Of a stretch of DNA of 64,000 nucleotides, positions 53,401 through 63,998 are shown in pieces (the first letter of the stretch is position 1; each line of letters begins with the position of its first letter). A program made the translations under genes and the position numbers. The notes beneath the pieces are model-generated. The model made no database searches, had not been told where the DNA came from, and saw nothing but the letters and a program-made list of their open reading frames with translations. The stretch lies in the NCBI GenBank assembly GCA_964016885.1, contig OZ024746.1:52948001-53012000 (forward strand), given 5' to 3'. The DNA is from Eledone cirrhosa. Lineage: Eukaryota.

Positions 53401-56400
53401 TTAGTGGTTTCTGTGATGGTAGTGTTGTTGTTGTTATTGTAGTTAGTGGTTGCTGAGATGGTAGTGTTGTTGTTGTTGTTATTGTAGTTAGTGGTTGCTG
53501 AGATGGTAGTGTTGTTGTTGTTGTTATTGTAGTTAGTGATTGCTGTGATGGTAGTGTTGTTGTTGTTGTTATTGTAGTTAGATGTTGCTGAGATGGTAGT
53601 GTTGTTGTTGTTGTTGTTATCGTAGTTAGTGATTGCTGTGATGGTAGTGTTGTTGTTGTTGTTATTGTAGTTAGATGTTGCTGAGATGGTAGTGTTGTTG
53701 TTGTTGTTATTGTAGTTAGTGATTGCTGTGATGGTAGTGTTGTTGTTGTTGTTATTGTAGTTAGATGTTGCTGAGATGGTAGTGTTGATGTTGTTGTTAT
53801 TGTAGTTAGTGGTTGCTGAGATGGTAGTGTTGTTGTTGTTGTTATTGTGGTTAGAGGTTGCTGAGATGGTAGTGTTGTTGTTGTTGTTATTCTAGTTAGT
53901 GGTTGCTGTGATGGTAGTGTTGTTGTTGTTGTTATTCTAGTTAGTGGTTGCTGTGATGGTAGTGTTGTTGTTGTTGTTATTGTAGTTAGAGGTTGCTGAG
54001 ATGGTAGTGTTGTTGTTGTTGTTATTGTAGTTAGTGGTTGCTGAGATGGTAGTGTTGTTGTTGTTGTTATTGTAGTTAGAGGTTGCTGAGATGGTAGTGT
54101 TGTTGTAGTTATTGTAGTTAGTGGTTGCTGTGTTGGTAGTGTTGTTGTTGTTATTGTAGTTAGTGGTTGCTGAGATGGTAGTGTTGTTGTTGTTGTTATT
54201 GTAGTTAGAGGTTGCTGAGATGGTAGTATTGTTGTTGTTATTGTAGTTAGTGGTTGTTGTGATGGTAGTGTTGTTGTTGTTGTTGTAGTTAGTGGTTGTT
54301 GTGATGGTAGTGTTGTTGTGGTTGTTGTGATGGTAGTGTTGTTGTTGTTATTGTAGTTAGTGGTTGTTGTGATGGTAGTGTTGTTGTTGTTATTGTAGTT
54401 AGTGGTTGTTGTGATGGTAGTGTTGTTGTTGTTGTTGTAGTTAGTGGTTGATGTGATGGTAGTGTTGTTGTTGTTATTGTAGTTAGTGGTTGTTGTGATG
54501 GTATTGTTGTTGTTGTTGTAGTTAGTGGTTGATGTGATGGCAGTGTTGTTGTTGTTATTGTAGTTAGTGGTTGTTGTGATGGTAGTGCTGTTGTTGTTGT
54601 TGTAGTTAGTGGTTGGTGTGATGGTAGTGTTGTTGTTGTTGTTGTAGTTAGGTGATGCTGAGATGGTAGTGTTGTTATTGTTATGGTAGTGTTGTTGTTG
54701 TTGTTGTAGTTAGTCGTTGTTGTGATGGTAGTGTTGTTGTTATTGTTATTGTAGTTAGAGGTTGCTGTGATGGTAGTGTTGTTGTTGTTATTGTAGTTAG
54801 TGGTTGCTGAGATGGTAGTGTTGTTGTTGTTTTTATTGTAGTTAGTGGTTGCTGAGATGGTAGTGTTGTTGTTGTTTTTATTGTAGTTAGTGGTTGCTGA
54901 GATGGTAGTGTTGTTGTTGTTGTTATTGTAGTTAGTGGTTGCTGTGATGGTAGTGTTGTTGTTGTTATTGTAGTTAGTGGTTGCTGAGATGGTAGTGTTG
55001 TTGTTGTTTTTATTGTAGTTAGTGGTTGCTGAGATGGTAGTGTTGTTGTTGTTGTTATTGTAGTTAGTGGTTGCTGAGATGATAGTGTTGTTGTTGTTGT
55101 TGTTATTGTAGTTAGAGGTTGCTGAGATGGTAGTGTTGTTGTTGTTCTTATTGTAGTTAGTGATTGCTGTGATGGTAGTGTTGTTGTTGTTGTTATTGTA
55201 GATAGAGGTTGCTGAGATGGTAGTGTTGTTGTTGTTGTTATTGTAGTTAGAGGTTGCTGAGATGGTAGTGTTGTTGTTGTTATTCTAGTTAGTGGTTGCT
55301 GTGATGGTAGTGTTGTTGTTGTTGTTATTGTAGTTAGAGGTTGCTGAGATGTTAGTGTTGTTGTTGTTGTTATTGTAGTTAGTGGTTGCTGAGATGGTAG
55401 TGTTGTTGTTGTTGTTATTGTAGTTAGAGGTTGCTGAGATGGTAGTATTGTTGTTGTTATTGTAGTTAGTGGTTGTTGTGATGGTAGTGTTGTTGTTGTT
55501 GTTGTAGTTAGTGGTTGTTGTGATGGTAGTGTTGTTGTGGTTGTTGTGATGGTAGTGTTGTTGTTGTTATTGTAGTTAGTGGTTGTTGTGATGGTAGTGT
55601 TGTTGTTGTTATTGTAGTTAGTGGTTGTTGTGATGGTAGTGTTGTTGTTGTTGTTGTAGTTAGTGGTTGATGTGATGGTAGTGTTGTTGTTGTTATTGTA
55701 GTTAGTGGTTGTTGTGATGGTATTGTTGTTGTTGTTGTAGTTAGTGGTTGATGTGATGGCAGTGTTGTTGTTGTTATTGTAGTTAGTGGTTGTTGTGATG
55801 GTAGTGCTGTTGTTGTTGTTGTAGTTAGTGGTTGGTGTGATGGTAGTGTTGTTGTTGTTGTTGTAGTTAGGTGATGCTGAGATGGTAGTGTTGTTGTTGT
55901 TATTGTAGTTAGTGGTTGCTGAGATGGTAGGGTTGTTGTTGTTATTGTAGTTAGTGGTTGCTGAGATGGTAGTGTTGTTGTTGTTATTGTAGTTAGTGGT
56001 TGCTGAGATGGTAGTGTTGTTGTTGTTTTTATTGTAGTTAGTGGTTGCTGAGATGGTAGTGTTGTTGTTGTTGTTATTGTAGTTAGTGGTTGCTGAGATG
56101 GTAGTGTTGTTGTTGTTATTGTAGTTAGTGGTTGTTGTGATGGTAGTGTTGTTGTTATTGTTATTGTAGTTAGAGGTTGCTGTGATGGTAGTGTTGTTGT
56201 TGTTATTGTAGTTAGTGGTTGCTGAGATGGTAGTGTTGTTGTTGTTTTTATTGTAGTTAGTGGTTGCTGAGATGGTAGTGTTGTTGTTGTTGTTATTGTA
56301 GTTAGTGGTTGCTGAGATGGTAGTGTTGTTGTTGTTATTGTAGTTAGTGGTTGCTGAGATGGTAGGGTTGTTGTTGTTATTGTAGTTAGTGGTTGCTGAG

Positions 56401-59400
56401 ATGGTAGTGTTGTTGTTGTTATTGTAGTTAGTGGTTGCTGAGATGGTAGTGTTGTTGTTGTTTTTATTGTAGTTAGTGGTTGCTGAGATGGTAGTGTTGT
56501 TGTTGTTGTTATTGTAGTTAGTGGTTGCTGTGATGGTAGTGTTGTTGTTGTTATTGTAGTTAGTGGTTGCTGAGATGGTAGTGTTGTTGTTGTTATTGTA
56601 GTTAGTGGTTTCTGTGATGGTAGTGTTGTTGTTGTTGTTATTGTAGTTAGTGGTTCCTGTGATGGTAGTGTTGTTGTTGTTATTGTAGTTAGTGGTTGCT
56701 GAGATGGTAGTGTTGTTGTTGTTGTTATTGTAGTTAGAGGTTGCTGTGATGGTAGTGTTGTTGTTGTTATTGTAGTTAGTGGTTTCTGTGATGGTAGTGT
56801 TGTTGTTGTTATTGTAGTTAGTGGTTGCTGTGATGGTAGTGTTGTTGTTGTTATTGTAGTTAGTGGTTTCTGTGATGGTAGTGTTGTTGTTGTTATTGTA
56901 GTTAGTGGTTGCTGAGATGGTAGTGTTGTTGTTGTTATTGTAGTTAGTGGTTGCTGAGATGGTAGTGTTGTTGTTGTTGTTATTGTAGTTAGTGGTTGCT
57001 GAGATGGTAGTGTTGTTGTTGTTATTGTAGTTAGTGGTTGCTGAGATGGTAGTGTTGTTGTTGTTGTTATTGTAGTTAGAGGTTGCTGTGATGGTAGTGT
57101 TGTTGTTGTTATTGTAGTTAGTGGTTTCTGTGATGGTAGTGTTGTTGTTGTTATTGTAGTTAGTGGTTGCTGTGATGGTAGTGTTGTTGTTGTTATTGTA
57201 GTTAGTGGTTTCTGTGATGGTAGTGTTGTTGTTGTTATTGTAGTTAGTGGTTGCTGAGATGGTAGTGTTGTTGTTGTTATTGTAGTTAGTGGTTGCTGAG
57301 ATGGTAGTGTTGTTGTTGTTGTTATTGTAGTTAGAGGTTGCTGTGATGGTAGTGTTGTTGTTGTTATTGTAGTTAGTGGTTTCTGTGATGGTAGTGTTGT
57401 TGTTGTTATTGTAGTTAGTGGTTGCTGAGATGGTAGTGTTGTTGTTGTTGTTATTGTAGTTAGAGGTTGCTGTGATGGTAGTGTTGTTGTTGTTATTGTA
57501 GTTAGTGGTTTCTGTGATGGTAGTGTTGTTGTTGTTATTGTAGTTAGTGGTTGCTGTGATGGTAGTGTTGTTGTTGTTATTGTAGTTAGTGGTTGCTGAG
57601 ATGGTAGTGTTGTTGTTGTTGTTATTGTAGTTAGAGGTTGCTGTGATGGTAGTGTTGTTGTTGTTATTGTAGTTAGTGGTTTCTGTGATGGTAGTGTTGT
57701 TGTTGTTATTGTAGTTAGTGGTTGCTGTGATGGTAGTGTTGTTGTTGTTATTGTAGTTAGTGGTTTCTGTGATGGTAGTGTTGTTGTTGTTATTGTAGTT
57801 AGTGGTTGCTGAGATGGTAGTGTTGTTGTTGTTATTGTAGTTAGTGGTTGCTGAGATGGTAGTGTTGTTGTTGTTGTTATTGTAGTTAGTGGTTGCTGAG
57901 ATGGTAGTGTTGTTGTTGTTGTTATTGTAGTTAGTGGTTGCTGTGATGGTAGTGTTGTTGTTGTTGTTATTGTAGTTAGTGGTTTCTGTGATGGTAGTGT
58001 TGTTGTTGTTATTGTAGTTAGTGGTTGCTGAGATGGTAGTGTTGTTGTTGTTGTTATTGTAGTTAGTGGTTGCTGAGATGGTAGTGTTGTTGTTGTTGTT
58101 ATTGTAGTTAGTGATTGCTGTGATGGTAGTGTTGTTGTTGTTGTTATTGTAGTTAGATGTTGCTGAGATGGTAGTGTTGTTGTTGTTGTTATTGTAGTTA
58201 GTGGTTGCTGAGATGGTAGTGTTATTGTTGTTGTTATTGTAGTTAGAGGTTGCTGAGATGGTAGTGTTGTTGTTGTTGTTATCGTAGTTAGTGATTGCTG
58301 TGATGGTAGTGTTGTTGTTGTTGTTATTGTAGTTAGATGTTGCTGAGATGGTAGTGTTGTTGTTGTTGTTATTGTAGTTAGTGATTGCTGTGATGGTAGT
58401 GTTGTTGTTGTTGTTATTGTAGTTAGATGTTGCTGAGATGGTAGTGTTGATGTTGTTGTTATTGTAGTTAGTGGTTGCTGAGATGGTAGTGTTGTTGTTG
58501 TTGTTATTGTGGTTAGAGGTTGCTGAGATGGTAGTGTTGTTGTTGTTGTTATTCTAGTTAGTGGTTGCTGTGATGGTAGTGTTGTTGTTGTTGTTATTCT
58601 AGTTAGTGGTTGCTGTGATGGTAGTGTTGTTGTTGTTGTTATTGTAGTTAGAGGTTGCTGAGATGGTAGTGTTGTTGTTGTTGTTATTGTAGTTAGTGGT
58701 TGCTGAGATGGTAGTGTTGTTGTTGTTGTTATTGTAGTTAGAGGTTGCTGAGATGGTAGTGTTGTTGTAGTTATTGTAGTTAGTGGTTGCTGTGTTGGTA
58801 GTGTTGTTGTTGTTATTGTAGTTAGTGGTTGCTGAGATGGTAGTGTTGTTGTTGTTGTTATTGTAGTTAGAGGTTGCTGAGATGGTAGTATTGTTGTTGT
58901 TATTGTAGTTAGTGGTTGTTGTGATGGTAGTGTTGTTGTTGTTGTTGTAGTTAGTGGTTGTTGTGATGGTAGTGTTGTTGTGGTTGTTGTGATGGTAGTG
59001 TTGTTGTTGTTATTGTAGTTAGTGGTTGTTGTGATGGTAGTGTTGTTGTTGTTATTGTAGTTAGTGGTTGTTGTGATGGTAGTGTTGTTGTTGTTGTTGT
59101 AGTTAGTGGTTGATGTGATGGTAGTGTTGTTGTTGTTATTGTAGTTAGTGGTTGTTGTGATGGTATTGTTGTTGTTGTTGTAGTTAGTGGTTGATGTGAT
59201 GGCAGTGTTGTTGTTGTTATTGTAGTTAGTGGTTGTTGTGATGGTAGTGCTGTTGTTGTTGTTGTAGTTAGTGGTTGGTGTGATGGTAGTGTTGTTGTTG
59301 TTGTTGTAGTTAGGTGATGCTGAGATGGTAGTGTTGTTATTGTTATGGTAGTGTTGTTGTTGTTGTTGTAGTTAGTCGTTGTTGTGATGGTAGTGTTGTT

Positions 59401-59500
59401 GTTATTGTTATTGTAGTTAGAGGTTGCTGTGATGGTAGTGTTGTTGTTGTTATTGTAGTTAGTGGTTGCTGAGATGGTAGTGTTGTTGTTGTTTTTATTG
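50460..59500. repeat. ~4.6-kb higher-order duplication (approx. 50460-54900 vs 55070-59500)
   Basis: AGGTGATGCT at 51261/55869 (offset 4608) and 54650/59312 (offset 4662); ATCGTAG at 53621/58283 (offset 4662). Boundaries approximate. Confidence 0.85.
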
Positions 59501-62500
59501 TAGTTAGTGGTTGCTGAGATGGTAGTGTTGTTGTTGTTGTTATTGTAGTTAGTGGTTGCTGAGATGGTAGTGTTGTTGTTGTTATTGTAGTTAGTGGTTG
59601 CTGAGATGGTAGGGTTGTTGTTGTTATTGTAGTTAGTGGTTGCTGAGATGGTAGTGTTGTTGTTGTTATTGTAGTTAGTGGTTGCTGAGATGGTAGTGTT
59701 GTTGTTGTTTTTGTAGTTAGTGGTTTCTGTGATGGTAGTGTTCTTGTTGTTATTGTAGTTAGTGGTTGCTGAGATGGTAGTGTTGTTGTTGTTATTGTAG
59801 TTAGTGGTTGCTGAGATGGTAGTGTTGTTGTTGTTGTTATTGTAGTTAGAGGTTGCTGTGATGGTAGTGTTGTTGTTGTTATTGTAGTTAGTGGTTTCTG
59901 TGATGGTAGTGTTGTTGTTGTTATTGTAGTTAGTGGTTGCTGTGATGGTAGTGTTGTTGTTGTTATTGTAGTTAGTGGTTTCTGTGATGGTAGTGTTGTT
60001 GTTGTTATTGTAGTTAGTGGTTGCTGAGATGGTAATGTTGTTGTTGTTATTGTAGTTAGTGGTTGCTGAGATGGTAGTGTTGTTGTTGTTGTTATTGTAG
60101 TTAGTGGTTGCTGAGATGGTAGTGTTGTTGTTGTTGTTATTGTAGTTAGTGGTTGCTGTGATGGTAGTGTTGTTGTTGTTGTTATTGTAGTTAGTGGTTT
60201 CTGTGATGGTAGTGTTGTTGTTGTTATTGTAGTTAGTGGTTGCTGAGATGGTAGTGTTGTTGTTGTTGTTATTGTAGTTAGTGGTTGCTGAGATGGTAGT
60301 GTTGTTGTTGTTGTTATTGTAGTTAGTGATTGCTGTGATGGTAGTGTTGTTGTTGTTGTTATTGTAGTTAGATGTTGCTGAGATGGTAGTGTTGTTGTTG
60401 TTGTTATTGTAGTTAGTGGTTGCTGAGATGGTAGTGTTATTGTTGTTGTTATTGTAGTTAGAGGTTGCTGAGATGGTAGTGTTGTTGTTGTTGTTATCGT
60501 AGTTAGTGATTGCTGTGATGGTAGTGTTGTTGTTGTTGTTATTGTAGTTAGATGTTGCTGAGATGGTAGTGTTGTTGTTGTTGTTATTGTAGTTAGTGAT
60601 TGCTGTGATGGTAGTGTTGTTGTTGTTGTTATTGTAGTTAGTGGTTGCTGAGATGGTAGTGTTGTTGTTGTTGTTATTGTGGTTAGAGGTTGCTGAGATG
60701 GTAGTGTTGTTGTTGTTGTTATTCTAGTTAGTGGTTGCTGTGATGGTAGTGTTGTTGTTGTTGTTATTCTAGTTAGTGGTTGCTGTGATGGTAGTGTTGT
60801 TGTTGTTGTTATTGTAGTTAGAGGTTGCTGAGATGGTAGTGTTGTTGTTGTTGTTATTGTAGTTAGTGGTTGCTGAGATGGTAGTGTTGTTGTTGTTGTT
60901 ATTGTAGTTAGAGGTTGCTGAGATGGTAGTGTTGTTGTAGTTATTGTAGTTAGTGGTTGCTGTGTTGGTAGTGTTGTTGTTGTTATTGTAGTTAGTGGTT
61001 GCTGAGATGGTAGTGTTGTTGTTGTTGTTATTGTAGTTAGTTGTTGCTGAGATGGTAGTGTTGTTGTTGTTGTTATTGTAGTTAGTGGTTGCTGTGATGG
61101 TAGTGTTGTTGTTGTTATTGTAGTTAGTGGTTGCTGAGATGGTAGTGTTGTTGTTGTTGTTGTTATTGTAGTTAGTGGTTGTTGAGATGGTAGTGTTGTT
61201 GTTGTTGTTATTGTAGTTAGTTGTTGCTGAGATGGTAGTGTTGTTGTTGTTGTTATTGTAGTTAGTGGTTTCTGTGATGGTAGTGTTGTTGTTGTTGTTA
61301 TTGTAGTTAGTGGTTGCTGTGATGGTAGTGTTGTTGTTGTTGTTATTGTAGTTAGTTGTTGCTGAGATGGTAGTGTTGTTGTTGTTGTTATTGTAGTTAG
61401 TTGTTGCTGAGATGGTAGTGTTGTTGTTGTTGTTATTGTAGTTAGTGGTTTCTGTGATGGTAGTGTTGTTGTTGTTGTTATTGTAGTTAGTGGTTGCTGT
61501 GATGGTAGTGTTGTTGTTGTTGTTATTGTAGTTAGTTGTTGCTGAGATGGTAGTGTTGTTGTTGTTGTTATTGTAGTTAGTTGTTGCTGAGATGGTAGTG
61601 TTGTTGTTGTTGTTATTGTAGTTAGTGGTTGCTGAGATGGTAGTGTTGTTGTTGTTGTTATTGTAGTTAGTTGTTGCTGAGATGGTAGTGTTGTTGTTGT
61701 TGTTATTGTAGTTAGTTGTTGCTGAGATGGTAGTGTTGTTGTTGTTGTTATTGTAGTTAGTGGTTGCTGTGATGGTAGTGTTGTTGTTGTTATTGTAGTT
61801 AGTGGTTGCTGAGATGGTAGTGTTGTTGTTGTTGTTGTTATTGTAGTTAGTTGTTGCTGAGATGGTAGTGTTGTTGTTGTTGTTATTGTAGTTAGTGGTT
61901 TCTGTGATGGTAGTGTTGTTGTTGTTATTCTAGTTAGTGGTTGCTGTGATGGTAGTGTTGTTGTTGTTGTTATTGTAGTTAGTGGTTTCTGTGATGGTAG
62001 TGTTGTTGTTGTTGTTATTGTAGTTAGTGGTTGCTGTGATGGTAGTGTTGTTGTTGTTATTGTAGTTAGTGGTTTCTGAGATGGTAGTGTTGTTGTTGTT
62101 GTTATTGTAGTTAGTGGTTGCTGAGATGGTAGTGTTGTTGTTGGTTTTATTGTAGTTAGTGGTTGCTGAGATGGTAGTGTTGTTGTTGTTACTGTAGTTA
62201 GTGGTTGCTGAGATGGTAGTGTTGTTGTTGTTGTTATTGTAGTTAGTGGTTGCTGTGATGGTAGTGTTGTTGTTGTTACTGTAGTTAGTGGTTGCTGAGA
62301 TGGTAGTGTTGTTGTTGTTGTTATTGTAGTTAGTGGTTGCTGAGATGGTAGTGTTGTTGTTGTTGTTATTGTAGTTAGTGGTTTCTGTGATGGTAGTATT
62401 GTTGTTGTTGTTATTGTAGTTAGTGGTTGCTGAGATGGTAGTGTTGTTATTGTTGTTATTGTAGTTAGTGGTTGCTGAGATGGTAGTGTTGTTGTTGTTG

Positions 62501-63998
62501 TTATTGTAGTTAGTGGTTTCTGTGATGGTAGTATTGTTGTTGTTGTTATTTTAGTTAGTGGTTGCTGTGATGGTAGTGTTGTTGTTGTTGTTATTGTAGT
62601 TAGTGGTTGCTGACATGGTAGTGTTGTTGTTGTTGTTATTGTAGTTAGAGGTTGCTGAGATGGTAGTGTTGTTGTTGTTGTTATTGTAGTTAGTGGTTTC
62701 TGTGATGGTAGTATTGTTGTTGTTGTTATTGTAGTTAGTGGTTGCTGTGATGGTAGTGTTGTTGTTGTTATTGTAGTTAGAGGTTGCTGAGATGGTAGTG
62801 TTGTTGTTGTTGTTATTGTAGTTAGAGGTTGCTGAGATGTTAGTGTTGTTGTTGTTGTTATTGTAGTTAGAGGTTGCTGAGATGGTAGTGTTGTTGTTGT
62901 TATTGTAGTTAGTGGTTGTTGTGATGGTAGTGTTGTTGTTGTTGTTGTAGTTAGTGATTGTTGTGATGGCAGTGTTGTTGTTGTTGTTGTAGTTAGTGGT
63001 TGTTGTGATGGTAGTGTTGTTGTTGTTATTGTAGTTAGTGGTTGCTGAGATGGTAGTGTTGTTGTTGTTATTGTAGTTAGTGGTTGTTGTGATGGTAGTG
63101 TTGTTGTTGTTGTTGTAGTTAGTGGTTGATGTGATGGTAGTGTTGTTGTTGTTATTGTAGTTAGTGGTTGTTGTGATGGTAGTGTTGTTGTTGTTGTTGT
63201 AGTTAGTGGCTGAGGTGATGGCAGTGTTGTTCTTGTTATTGTAGTTAGTTGTTGTTGTGATGGTAGTGCTGTTGTTGTTGTTGTAGTTAGTGGTTGGTGT
63301 GATGGTAGTGTTGTTTTTGTTGTTGTAGTTAGTGGTTGCTGAGATGGTAGTGTTGTTATTGTTATTGTAGTTAGTGGTTGTTGTGATGGTAGTGTTGTTG
63401 TTGTTGTTGTAGTTAGTCGTTGTTGTGATGGTAGTGTTGTTGTTATTGTTATTGTAGTTAGAGGTTGCTGTGATGGTAGTGTTGTTGTTGTTATTGTAGT
63501 TAGTGGTTGCTGAGATGGTAGTGTTGTTGTTGTTTTTATTGTAGTTAGTGGTTGCTGAGATGGTAGTGTTGTTGTTGTTATTGTAGTTAGTGGTTTCTGT
63601 GATGGTAGTGTTGTTGTTGTTATTGTAGTTAGTGGTTGCTGAGATGGTAGTGTTGTTGTTGTTGTTATTGTAGTTAGTGGTTGCTGAGATGGTAGTGTTG
63701 TTGTTGTTGTTATTGTAGTTAGTTGTTGCTGAGATGGTAGTGTTGTTGTTGTTGTTATTGTAGTTAGTGGTTGCTGTGATGGTAGTGTTGTTGTTGTTAT
63801 TGTAGTTAGTGGTTGCTGAGATGGTAGTGTTGTTGTTGTTGTTATTGTAGTTAGTGGTTTCTGTGATGGTAGTGTTGTTGTTGTTATTCTAGTTAGTGGT
63901 TGCTGTGATGGTAGTGTTGTTGTTGTTGTTATTGTAGTTAGTGGTTTCTGTGATGGTAGTGTTGTTGTTGTTGTTATTGTAGTTAGTGGTTGCTGTGA
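59343..63998 (-). other. Long open frame (~1,550 codons, 5' end outside window) encoding mucin-like Thr/Pro/Ser repeats (TTTTTLPSQQPLTTI)n; coding status unproven
   Basis: Phase is conserved between 63998 and the TAA at 59343-59345 (4656 nt). No in-frame stop allele was seen by eye. There is no in-frame ATG, so it is absent from the ORF track. The consensus monomer is stop-free in this frame, so openness alone is weak evidence. Confidence 0.25.
61201..61630. repeat. 180-bp (4 x 45 bp) local tandem repeat carrying the TAGTTGTTG variant
   Basis: The sequence lines beginning 61201/61381/61561, 61261/61441 and 61321/61501 are identical. Confidence 0.8.
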
